A stretch of DNA of 35,619 nt from a virus. The notes beneath the pieces were generated by a model. The model was given only the letters and a program-made list of their open reading frames with translations. It did no database searches and was not told where the DNA came from. Shown here piece after piece: positions 15,547-23,449 of this stretch (its first letter is position 1; every line of letters starts with the position of its first letter). The DNA lies in IMG/VR virus record IMGVR_UViG_3300045988_023336, positions 1-35,619 of that record; one strand, given 5' to 3'. Made by a program: the position numbers and the translations under genes.

Positions 15547-15944
15547 TATTCAGATAGATTAAGCGTTATCTCCCAGCCTGATTTGGGACTGTCATAAATG
15601 TTTTGGCGTTTGACAACCGCCGCGCCCTCGGACTCATAGAGACAAACTGCTTTTTTCGCTATGTCCGTAATAACGGTGAACGTCCGATCCAGTACGTCGA
15701 TCTCGGACGAGCTGTCAGTTTCGTAGTGAGAAGTGCCTAGTACCTGTATAAGCACTGTGATCGAGAACGCCTCGGCGGCATAGTCGTTATAGTCCTGCCT
15801 TCCTCCGGGCACATCAACAAAAATAAAATCACCCGTTATATCGTTTGCCAGTCGATTACGTGTGGCTTCATCTCCGAAGAATACGGGAAGCGCGTGTTGC
15901 GCTCCCCATGTTCCAACCTGATCTAGTATCCCTTTAAAAGTCAT
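15546..15944 (-). CDS. Hypothetical virion protein (132 aa)
   Basis: Track ORF within the structural block. It overlaps the upstream gene by 11 nt. Confidence 0.5.
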   Translation of the reverse strand: MTFKGILDQVGTWGAQHALPVFFGDEATRNRLANDITGDFIFVDVPGGRQDYNDYAAEAFSITVLIQVLGTSHYETDSSSEIDVLDRTFTVITDIAKKAVCLYESEGAAVVKRQNIYDSPKSGWEITLNLSE

Positions 15945-18297
15945 ATTGAGTTTTTACGTTATTATCGTACTCGGGCGCGTTCTCGTTGTCAATCACGCGT
16001 TTACCCGTCCACGCTTTACTGACTGTTTGGTTATACGAACCGCATAGGGTGATGTCCCCCTTTGTGGTTGCTGTGCCGAGAACCACTTTTGCATTATCCT
16101 TCATTGTGAGCACCCCGCTTACAGATAACCTGCCGGTTATGACCGCGTTATCCTTCATAATTAAGCCTCCCCCAAACACCCCCGCGGATGTAGGGGTAAA
16201 CCTAGCATTGTCGGACAAGTATATAGTCCCGTTCACTTGAAAATCACCTATTACGGCGTACGCGTTTTCAGTCATTTTCAAGTTTCTGATAGGAACGGAT
16301 CCCGCGGTTTTTATAATGGAAGCGTTGTCCCTCATATATGCGCACCCGTCTACGGCCATTCCCAACATAACGGCGTTACCGCCGAAGTAGCCCGAACCGA
16401 TTAACGAACAATCAGTCAATGTAGCGTTGTCCTCTACGCGGATATTGCCCTTTATGTTAACCGCTGTTGCTCCTGTGTTCACGAGCTTACAACCGTTGTA
16501 CACCGTTACGGTTACGCCTGCAAGGTCTGCGGGTGTGATCGGGCTTACATTGTCTGCCTTTCTAAACATAAGATACGCCTTGTATTCCTTAAGTTGCGCG
16601 GATGCGACAGTCAAGGAACTTGCAGTCCATGCGCTATTAGCGGTTACGGTATTGCTCGGGTTAACATATACGAACGTAGCCTCAATGCCCGCCGGGATAT
16701 TGTCAACTCTTAGGCCTGTAGCTCCGTTCAATCTTAATGGAGTCGGGACACTTACATGTGTGCTCAAAGGTATGATCCCTGTAATAGTTTGTCCCACTAC
16801 CGAAGTGCTTAACGCCCCTTGAACCGCACGCGGCTGAACGTTCAAAACCTGTGCCAGTGGATGGCTACGTACTTTGTTACCGAAAACGTTCGTGCCTGCA
16901 AATTCAAAGATACCATTAAAATACGCATCCTTATAAATGGTTGTGCCATAGGTGTTTGCTGCACCTGTCATGTTTAGAGACTTAACACTGTCGTGTGCTT
17001 CTACCAATGCACCAATAATGCCCAACGCCGTGGAAACGCATCTATACGCCCCTTCAACTTCCGCGCTACAGAGTGTGTACCCGTTTGCCGTCAATTTACC
17101 CAAATCAGATTGGGCCAATGCAAAATCAATGTTCTTGTATGTGTTTGCGATCTGTGCGTGATGATAGAATATACCGTTCGGAACGTTACAACCTTGGAAG
17201 ATGAAAGGCATGTTAGCCGTTTGCGCTGCTGCCAGTCCGGGAAAGATTGTGGGCGATACGGCGAAGTTGTCACAGTCGGTAGCTTGGATAATGTTGTAAG
17301 ATTCCACACCTGTGTTAGTGGTAACTGCGCCCGAAGCTGTTAGGTTTTTGACATTGTTGTACTGTCCCGCTAATGTAAGATCTGTAGAGGCGGCATCTAT
17401 CGTTACGGTCGATCCGATTATCTGACCCATCAAACGGACGCGTCTACCAATTGCCAGAATGTATATGGACACATTAGAGTTTCTTATGATTATTTCCGGG
17501 TACTTAGCCCCCGACGCCATTGTGTAAGTACCGCCCGGTCTTATCCCGATAACGCCCGCACCCGTTGCCGGGCTGGTCACCACACGCGAATCAATGATAG
17601 AAAGTTTAACTTCATAAGATCCTGTAAACGTGATTTGCGCGGCTGTTGCGTCTGCCGGGACTGTCGGACCTACTGGATTTTTCGCCAGTGTCAACACAAA
17701 ATACTGGCCTGCCGGGATGGATAGAGTTACGCCTACCCCCGTATCAGTTAGTGCCGTAGCGGCTATGCCGATACCATCACGATCTAAAACGTAGGCTTGA
17801 ACTGTGTACCCGGGTACGTCTACTTTCAAAGTAACACCCGTGCCCCCCATAAAAATGGGCGACTTAGTTCTCAAGTAGCTAGGGCTTGACAGTTTCCACG
17901 TTTCCCAGTTCGCGCCTGCTGCATAATTAAATGTCCCCTGTTCGAAGTCGGCGGCCGTTAGTACTACGGCGTCCGCTGCCGTTTGATCTACAACAAACCG
18001 TAACCGGCCACCCACTACGACGCTAGACCCTAGAATGTCTACGGCGGGTGCGCCCGTGGTGCTTAGTGCCGTTTCGGCTACGTCTACGATCGAATCCCCA
18101 CCGATGCGCGCACCGGGAAAACCGAAGTTGCCCCTAAACAGCCAGCAAGCGCCGTCCTGTGATAATGTCTTCTCGTCGTACACGATACCACCTACGTCGC
18201 CAATATTGACGTAACGGTCGCCCACCTGCCACGAACGAAGGGCGCGTACTCTCTTGTCGCTCCCTACTGTAATAATCTCATACTTTTTTAAACCCAT
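15934..18297 (-). CDS. Beta-helix tail fibre/spike-like protein (787 aa)
   Basis: Gly/Thr/Ala/Val-rich. The C-terminal ~160 aa shows 18-25-aa coils each carrying a (D/E)NA motif (VEDNATL, MRDNASI, MTENAYA, LSDNARF, MKDNAVI, MKDNAKV), typical of a right-handed beta-helix. Confidence 0.55.
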   Translation of the reverse strand: MGLKKYEIITVGSDKRVRALRSWQVGDRYVNIGDVGGIVYDEKTLSQDGACWLFRGNFGFPGARIGGDSIVDVAETALSTTGAPAVDILGSSVVVGGRLRFVVDQTAADAVVLTAADFEQGTFNYAAGANWETWKLSSPSYLRTKSPIFMGGTGVTLKVDVPGYTVQAYVLDRDGIGIAATALTDTGVGVTLSIPAGQYFVLTLAKNPVGPTVPADATAAQITFTGSYEVKLSIIDSRVVTSPATGAGVIGIRPGGTYTMASGAKYPEIIIRNSNVSIYILAIGRRVRLMGQIIGSTVTIDAASTDLTLAGQYNNVKNLTASGAVTTNTGVESYNIIQATDCDNFAVSPTIFPGLAAAQTANMPFIFQGCNVPNGIFYHHAQIANTYKNIDFALAQSDLGKLTANGYTLCSAEVEGAYRCVSTALGIIGALVEAHDSVKSLNMTGAANTYGTTIYKDAYFNGIFEFAGTNVFGNKVRSHPLAQVLNVQPRAVQGALSTSVVGQTITGIIPLSTHVSVPTPLRLNGATGLRVDNIPAGIEATFVYVNPSNTVTANSAWTASSLTVASAQLKEYKAYLMFRKADNVSPITPADLAGVTVTVYNGCKLVNTGATAVNIKGNIRVEDNATLTDCSLIGSGYFGGNAVMLGMAVDGCAYMRDNASIIKTAGSVPIRNLKMTENAYAVIGDFQVNGTIYLSDNARFTPTSAGVFGGGLIMKDNAVITGRLSVSGVLTMKDNAKVVLGTATTKGDITLCGSYNQTVSKAWTGKRVIDNENAPEYDNNVKTQYDF

Positions 18298-18301
18298 AAC
18301 G

Positions 18302-18988
18302 TTATGATTTATAATGTTTCTTCATCTCTGCCTTTTGTTTCTCGTTCTCCTCGTGCCGCTTTGACAACGCCAGCATCGCGTCCAGATAGTTGATCCGCTT
18401 CGCGTCCTCGAACGAACAAGCGAACAATTCTGCCGTAGCTTGTACGAGTGTCAGCACGTTCTTCGCCTCCTTGATCGGATCGTCTTCCGGCGTGCTTCCC
18501 GCGTCGAAAGGGAACAAGCGTTTCTCTAGTCCGTCCGCCGTCTCTATCTGCTCCTTGATATACTTCGTAGCGCAAAGCAAATGGTAGACGTTGTCCGGCG
18601 CATACTCCGCGGGCTTGTGCTCGATAGGCGTACACCACTTCGTTACCTTCTCCGTTGCCGTCTCGCTCCGTCTCGCCTCAATCACCTGCCATAGTGTTAC
18701 GTCCTCGATACGAGGGATACGGTACACGAGCTTCCTGTCTTTTATAATAAAAGGGTCGGCCTTAGCGTACTCTGCCACCGCGTTAAGTGTCGCTGCTTGG
18801 TCAGAAGTTAGGCCGCCCTTAAAATTCGGATGCAAGTTACAAATATATTCTAATTGTTTGCCGTTGTAATACCCACAAATTTTCCACCACAAGCGACGGA
18901 AAGCGTTTTTAATCTTTCCTTTCCAGTTGGTTTGCTCTTGGAGTATCAACCACTCCACGCCATAAAACGCTGTTTTACTCATATTCAA
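18302..18988 (-). CDS. Hypothetical 228-aa protein
   Basis: Track ORF between terL and the fibre-like gene. No motif recognised. Confidence 0.55.
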   Translation of the reverse strand: MNMSKTAFYGVEWLILQEQTNWKGKIKNAFRRLWWKICGYYNGKQLEYICNLHPNFKGGLTSDQAATLNAVAEYAKADPFIIKDRKLVYRIPRIEDVTLWQVIEARRSETATEKVTKWCTPIEHKPAEYAPDNVYHLLCATKYIKEQIETADGLEKRLFPFDAGSTPEDDPIKEAKNVLTLVQATAELFACSFEDAKRINYLDAMLALSKRHEENEKQKAEMKKHYKS

Positions 18989-19133
18989 TCAGTTCTAGTT
19001 CTTCGTAATAATACCACTCTTCAACGCCCGATCCGTCCCATTGCACGACCACGCCTAGCACGTCGGCCTCTGTAACCGTCCCGGTGTTCCCGGCGTAATC
19101 GTATTTAATGCGTACCCGATCGTCTACTCTCAT
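18975..19133 (-). CDS. Unannotated 52-aa ORF between terL and the 228-aa gene
   Basis: Hand translation: MRVDDRVRIKYDYAGNTGTVTEADVLGVVVQWDGSGVEEWYYYEELELIEYE. It starts 9 nt after the terL stop and overlaps the next gene by 14 nt, filling an otherwise empty 150-nt gap. Confidence 0.5.
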   Translation of the reverse strand: MRVDDRVRIKYDYAGNTGTVTEADVLGVVVQWDGSGVEEWYYYEELELIEYE

Positions 19134-19142
19134 GCTGCAAAT

Positions 19143-20315
19143 CTAATCATTATTTGCGTATCTCGGGCGGTATTTACGTATAAGATAATCAACGCCGTAA
19201 CGTATGGCGTCCCATGCGTGGTTGTACGCGTCTATCGGCTCGTTTGTGTACGTGTCGGTCAGGTTGTCCTTGACGTAGGTGTAATTGTCTGCCTCGTCCA
19301 GTACGTTAGTGCTCCGCTTCGTCACGAACAGGTTGAACTGCTTCACCTGCTGGATGCCGGCACGGATCGATCCTTTCCCCTTGATGCAGGGGATCGTGTT
19401 ACAGCCCAGGCCGCGTAGCTCTATGATAGACTTCTGCTCGGCGTTGTCGCATACCGTAATGGTACGGTCCAGCCTTTCCATCTTAAGCCGCTCGGCGATC
19501 GTGCGGTTAAGCATCTTCGTCTCGTAGCACACTTCATCTATATACAGGTTCATGCCCCGCATGTAGATCTTGACAATAGCGGTCGGGTCGTTCTGGAAGC
19601 CGAAATCAAGCCCTGTAACGAACTTTACGTCCTCGCCCGTTAAATCCTCCGGCAGAGCATCGATCGTCTCAATTTGGGGATATACGAGGCCTTCCAGCCC
19701 GCCCGTCAGTCCTTCACCGTATACTCGCCACCAGTTAGCGTCCTTGGCGTTTCGCTCGATCGCCTCTACCTGCTGCTTGGATAGGTACGGGTTGTCCTTG
19801 TAGGTGCTGTGGATCGTTACGTACTTGTCGCCTGTGAAGTCCGTCTCACCCCAGAAGCGCCGCACCGGGTTGAAGTCGATAATAACCTTGATCGTGGTAC
19901 GAACGTCCAACTGCCTGAATATCTCACGGGGTACACGCTGCGCCTCGTTGATGAAAAGAATGTCACGCGCTGGGCCGTGTACCTTTGACGCGTTGTCGCA
20001 CCCGAAGAATTCGATGCAGACCCCCGGCTTCACCGTGTAGATCAGATCGGACTTGTTAAGCGCGTTGTCGTCCCATACCCCTTCGTCTAACAGCATGTTC
20101 TGGAAGTCACGGAACATACCGCGCTTCACGGCCGGTAACGTGTCGGTCACGCAGGAGATCATAAGCGGCTCGGTACTTTCGTTAGCAACCAGATAGAGGA
20201 GCTGTAACACGCTCCATGTCTTTGATGAACGCGTACCACCTTTACTCGCGATACCTCTTATATAGGGGTCGCAAAACGGTCCTATCATCTTGTTAAATAC
20301 ATAGGTGCAATTCAT
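19143..20315 (-). CDS. terL: Terminase large subunit (Terminase_3/PBSX-like)
   Basis: Walker A-like KGGTRSSKTWS. The nuclease-domain segment GLDFGFQNDPTAIV is typical of this family. A TAATG overlap links it to the preceding small-subunit gene. Confidence 0.85.
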   Translation of the reverse strand: MNCTYVFNKMIGPFCDPYIRGIASKGGTRSSKTWSVLQLLYLVANESTEPLMISCVTDTLPAVKRGMFRDFQNMLLDEGVWDDNALNKSDLIYTVKPGVCIEFFGCDNASKVHGPARDILFINEAQRVPREIFRQLDVRTTIKVIIDFNPVRRFWGETDFTGDKYVTIHSTYKDNPYLSKQQVEAIERNAKDANWWRVYGEGLTGGLEGLVYPQIETIDALPEDLTGEDVKFVTGLDFGFQNDPTAIVKIYMRGMNLYIDEVCYETKMLNRTIAERLKMERLDRTITVCDNAEQKSIIELRGLGCNTIPCIKGKGSIRAGIQQVKQFNLFVTKRSTNVLDEADNYTYVKDNLTDTYTNEPIDAYNHAWDAIRYGVDYLIRKYRPRYANND

Positions 20316-21004
20316 TATTTATCGTCCTCCTTGTGATCCTTTTTAAAGTTCTTGATCGAGCTAACCTTTGCACGTACTTTCGGATCGGTTACATTGACCG
20401 TCAAACCGCCCTTGATAGCTTCGCCGTTGGATGTGTAGTCCATTTGCGTTTTAATGCCCCGTAGCGCACGAACGTAGTTGGCGTCGAACTGTCCCACCGT
20501 CGCGCCCTGATCGAGGTCCTGTGCGATGGCTTCGCGTATCCTGTCGATCACCGCTATGAAGTCCGCGCATATCGTCAGATCGAACTCTTTCAGATTCTCG
20601 GCGTAGGTAGCGCGGCGGTTGTGCAAATAGTTGACGTTAGCGCCCAGGAACATGCAGAACTCGCCCTCCGATTGAAGGTGCTTCTTCGGCACTTCATAGA
20701 GCGTCCCAGCCATGTTACCGGACTTGACGGCCTCTTGTGTTATAACGGGCGTCGCTTCACACCAAGCCGAGTAAATCGCGTACGCCTCCCAAAGTTCTTG
20801 GGGCTCCTGCCAGATAGGCGTCATGCCGTAATGCGCCGTAGCGACCTGGTAGCACTTGGTGTAATTGAACGAATCTGCCAAATACTTGGTAGCCGCGTAT
20901 GTGGGAGCCAATTGGAAGTGCGCGTAATCCGGCCTAACCTTCTCGACTTTTGGCAGCTGTACCGCTTCCTTCGTTTCTATAATTTCTTTCTTCTTTGTAG
21001 CCAT
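20315..21004 (-). CDS. terS: Putative terminase small subunit (229 aa from the ATG at 21004)
   Basis: It lies immediately upstream of terL and overlaps it. The track start at 21079 would run through the promoter and operator boxes. The ATG at 21004 (MATKKKEII...) sits 23 nt downstream of a TATTTTTG box. Confidence 0.55.
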   Translation of the reverse strand: MATKKKEIIETKEAVQLPKVEKVRPDYAHFQLAPTYAATKYLADSFNYTKCYQVATAHYGMTPIWQEPQELWEAYAIYSAWCEATPVITQEAVKSGNMAGTLYEVPKKHLQSEGEFCMFLGANVNYLHNRRATYAENLKEFDLTICADFIAVIDRIREAIAQDLDQGATVGQFDANYVRALRGIKTQMDYTSNGEAIKGGLTVNVTDPKVRAKVSSIKNFKKDHKEDDK

Positions 21005-21026
21005 ATAATTTTTATTTACAACTCTA

Positions 21027-21087
21027 CAAAAATACGCTTTTTCCGCCCAAATCGCCATCTTTCCACCTACCAAAAACATCTTTCCAC
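21027..21087 (-). promoter_or_regulatory. Late promoter candidate (-7 TATTTTTG) with two phased GTGGAAAGATG boxes in place of a -33 element
   Basis: Plus-strand caaaaata at 21027-21034. catctttccac occurs at 21056-21066 and 21077-21087, exactly 21 bp apart. The proximal box ends 21 nt upstream of the -7 box. Confidence 0.5.
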
Positions 21088-21122
21088 TCCGAAACCCTGA
21101 TGAACAGGGCGTTTCAGCTCAA

Positions 21123-21147
21123 GTGTCATAGATGGAAAGATGGAAAC
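21123..21147. promoter_or_regulatory. Operator-like boxes GTGTCATAGATGGAAAG plus an overlapping GATGGAAAC
   Basis: 14/15 match to the reverse complement of 21265-21279 and to 1326-1340. Confidence 0.5.
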
Positions 21148-21163
21148 GGGTTTTCCCTATAGA

Positions 21164-21347
21164 TTATATTTAAATATTTCCATAATTTCAATAACATTCA
21201 ATAACAATAGTATAATATAGTTAACTATATTATTACTTATTAATAGTTACTAACTAGTATATATCTTTCCATCTTTGACAAATACACTATATTATATGAT
21301 AAAGTACTATAAATAAGCAAGTTAGGTGTAAAAGATACAAATTTTAA
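21164..21347. repeat. Copy B of the ~185-bp dispersed direct repeat (partner at 1087..1269)
   Basis: See copy A: a 22/22 box, a 77-nt AT-rich spacer and an 80/85 block. Confidence 0.9.
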
Positions 21348-21547
21348 CCTATGACATCAATAATTTGAAAAGTGCGTTCTGCGTCCTGTGGGGCTGGTCA
21401 GGTGTCAAACATGAAATGGCAGTGTCAAAGACATTTTTCACTACTTTTTTGTCAAAAACAGGCTTTTTAGTTAAAATACCGTTAAAATCAAGCTTTCTCT
21501 CTAAAAAGTTTTCTCTCACAAAGTTTTTTGAGAAGTGCGTTAAATTT

Positions 21548-21601
21548 TTTAACTAAAAGTCACCTTAACGTTTTTATACGAAAAGGTGACTTTTAGTTAA
21601 A
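21548..21601. repeat. Perfect 19-bp inverted repeat with a 16-nt loop, 5 nt after the last early gene
   Basis: tttaactaaaagtcacctt (21548-21566) is the exact reverse complement of aaggtgacttttagttaaa (21583-21601). Neither strand has a U-tract 3' of the stem, so it is not a canonical intrinsic terminator. Confidence 0.85.
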
Positions 21602-21606
21602 TCCAT

Positions 21607-22146
21607 TTAACAATCCAGATTGTACATAACCTTCCAGTCGTCTAAAATATCTTTACATTTCCATCTCTCGGCCCTCTCAATCGTTTTCCATGTCAGCGTA
21701 CGCCGGTCTAAAACATCTAGCGACCTACTGCCATCGCAGTACATATTAACCCGGTACAGCATTGAAACCTCTATCCCGTTACGGTTTAGCTCCGTATCTT
21801 TACTCGGGTAGATCGGGCGTTCTATGTCGTCGTTCTCATACGGCCCTACACGCTTCTTGTCCTTGTCACGGTACAGCATATTCTCCACTGTCGGTATGCG
21901 CTCCGGGTCGGTTCTCGTGTTCCTATCGTCCCGTACTTTGCTAGCCGCGTATATTATGTCCCGGATCGCCTCACAGAACAACGACGCGTTAACCATGTGA
22001 AACGGTTTGCCCTTCACCTTGAGATACTTCACACCGTTCGCCTCAAGCCAGTTGAAGATGAAAAACGCATGAAGATTATATAACTGTGCCATTTCTTCGA
22101 TGACTAGAACTCGTCTCTGTTTCTTCTTAATATATGGTGTCGGCAT
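21607..22146 (-). CDS. Hypothetical 179-aa protein, last early gene, with a possible N-terminal winged-HTH
   Basis: Track ORF. The segment IEEMAQLYNLHAFFIFNWLEANGVKYLKVKGKPFHMVNASLF loosely resembles an Xis/MerR-type HTH. Confidence 0.55.
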   Translation of the reverse strand: MPTPYIKKKQRRVLVIEEMAQLYNLHAFFIFNWLEANGVKYLKVKGKPFHMVNASLFCEAIRDIIYAASKVRDDRNTRTDPERIPTVENMLYRDKDKKRVGPYENDDIERPIYPSKDTELNRNGIEVSMLYRVNMYCDGSRSLDVLDRRTLTWKTIERAERWKCKDILDDWKVMYNLDC

Positions 22147-22147
22147 A

Positions 22148-22246
22148 CTATAAATTATTTAAGATACATACTAAAATACAACCAAGCGCGATCCCCGCCG
22201 CTATCGCCAGGACCATTTGCCCCAGCATTTTCATAAATTCCCTCAT
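22148..22246 (-). CDS. Unannotated 32-aa hydrophobic micro-ORF
   Basis: MREFMKMLGQMVLAIAAGIALGCILVCILNNL. Its ATG overlaps the upstream TGA (ATGA), and its stop lies 1 nt before the next ATG. It exactly fills a 100-nt gap. Confidence 0.45.
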   Translation of the reverse strand: MREFMKMLGQMVLAIAAGIALGCILVCILNNL

Positions 22247-22551
22247 CATAGCTTCAATGCTTCTTTAAGTTCACCGATCAAACGGAGCGCCTCAACTCTC
22301 GATAAGTCCACCCGGCGTTGCGGCTCGCTCTTCCGGTAAATCGTGATTGTTGTCACTTCCTTCGCGCTACGTGGTACGCGCTCGGCGTAAACCATCACAC
22401 GCTCGGCTTCCGCCTTGTCTATCTTGACACGCATATTATACTGTGCCTTCTCCGCACGGTCCAGCGCTGTCCTAAAACGTCCGGTTCGGATACCGGCTAC
22501 TTCTTGTTCCTTCATCTCATATTCTCTGAATAAATGATCCATATTTTCCAT
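22246..22551 (-). CDS. Hypothetical 101-aa protein
   Basis: Track ORF in the densely packed early arm. Confidence 0.55.
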   Translation of the reverse strand: MENMDHLFREYEMKEQEVAGIRTGRFRTALDRAEKAQYNMRVKIDKAEAERVMVYAERVPRSAKEVTTITIYRKSEPQRRVDLSRVEALRLIGELKEALKL

Positions 22552-22554
22552 ACT

Positions 22555-23022
22555 TTAAAATATTAAATTGATTAAATACCCTATCACATAGTCCAGACCA
22601 ACGGCCAACATAATGCCGTGCCCGATCAACCCGCCAACCGTGGTTAGAAGGAAGTCCACAAAGTCGGCCTGGTTACCGTATAAGTGATCCTTTATCTCCA
22701 TACCTAAACCTATGCCCGTAGTGAACGGAGCACCACACACCGCCCCGAGGGGGATCGCAAAAAGAAAATGCTTCCAGCGGTTAGACGCTTTCCACCAATC
22801 GGCTATTTTCTGATACCACTTCCGGGGCTTCTCCACTGCCACCTTGTACGAGAAAGGGACGAACCGTCCGCCACTGTCTGACAATAGAGCGAAATCGGAA
22901 GCCTCTAACGGTTCATAAGAGTAGTTATCTTCTCCTATAATTCTCTTAATTCCTAAATACCTGTAGCGTTTTCCATCACTCAAAATCACTACGTCATCTC
23001 TCTTGTAATCTGTTGTTCTCAT
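22555..23022 (-). CDS. 155-aa protein with an N-terminal domain paralogous to 23219..23449 and a C-terminal Gly-rich membrane region
   Basis: MRTTDYKRDDVVILSDGKRYRYLG aligns with MKRASYKVGDIVELIDGVQYVYRG. The C-terminus carries 2-3 TM segments (FLFAIPLGAVCGAPF, LLTTVGGLIGHGIMLAVGL). Confidence 0.6.
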   Translation of the reverse strand: MRTTDYKRDDVVILSDGKRYRYLGIKRIIGEDNYSYEPLEASDFALLSDSGGRFVPFSYKVAVEKPRKWYQKIADWWKASNRWKHFLFAIPLGAVCGAPFTTGIGLGMEIKDHLYGNQADFVDFLLTTVGGLIGHGIMLAVGLDYVIGYLINLIF

Positions 23023-23222
23023 TTCTTCTTAAATATTATATTACTACTGTCTATTACATCTACACATACCCAACCCCTAGGACATTCGCACGGCTCGCCG
23101 CGCTTGTTGAACACGCACCCGGCACATAACCCACCTTTCGCTTGTAACTCCGCTATGTACGTTGCGCCCTCGTGCTCGGCCTGCTGCCCCGGCTCGAAAA
23201 ATATAAGTTTTACTTTTCTCAT
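23019..23222 (-). CDS. 67-aa Cys-rich small protein, paralogue of 24803..25021
   Basis: The start at 23222 gives an ATGA overlap with the upstream gene. TYIAELQAKGGLCAGCVFN...C.C....C.D....NIIFKKK aligns with the other copy. Confidence 0.55.
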   Translation of the reverse strand: MRKVKLIFFEPGQQAEHEGATYIAELQAKGGLCAGCVFNKRGEPCECPRGWVCVDVIDSSNIIFKKK

Positions 23223-23449
23223 AGCACTGTAACGTTTGCGTCCATTTTCCAAGCAAACGGAACCGCGCCTATATTATAACCATACTTTACACACTCTTCT
23301 TCAGGGATCGTGAAAAACTCTGATAACCTGTTCGGTAATACCGGATCGTACACATAGTACCCTTCTTTCCGGTTCTTTCCGCGATACACATATTGTACAC
23401 CGTCTATCAGTTCTACGATATCACCCACTTTGTAACTTGCCCTTTTCAT
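23219..23449 (-). CDS. Hypothetical 76-aa protein, paralogous to the N-terminus of 22555..23022
   Basis: ATGA overlap with the SNF2 stop. See the alignment given for 22555..23022. Confidence 0.55.
   Translation of the reverse strand: MKRASYKVGDIVELIDGVQYVYRGKNRKEGYYVYDPVLPNRLSEFFTIPEEECVKYGYNIGAVPFAWKMDANVTVL

Noticed and set aside
12887-18297. Diversity-generating retroelement targeting the tail-fibre or BACON protein
   Set aside because: There is no reverse transcriptase ORF anywhere in the window. No template/variable repeat pair with adenine-specific mismatches was seen. The only shared segment between the two proteins is a ~12-nt motif.
18309-18638. Alternative-frame minus-strand ORFs nested in longer genes (18309..18638, 33667..33855, 12882..13070, 8251..8436, 17091..17309, 24119..24307, 29673..29879)
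   Set aside because: All are fully embedded in motif-supported or longer ORFs, have Arg/Gly-rich or otherwise skewed composition, and lack an independent start context.
21005-21079. N-terminal extensions of track ORFs (terS to 21079, polymerase to 33352, 5449..6057, 28493..28753, 27176..27499, 24803..25087, 23019..23252)
   Set aside because: The extensions run through promoter boxes, a terminator hairpin or the preceding gene. Internal ATGs give ATGA/TAATG coupling or collinearity with paralogues.
21365-21556. 63-aa plus-strand ORF in the late control region, ending at the 19-bp stem-loop
   Set aside because: It starts at TTG, and its Phe/Lys-rich composition is what AT-rich non-coding DNA produces. 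No plus-strand promoter box lies upstream. It is kept only as context for the stem-loop finding.
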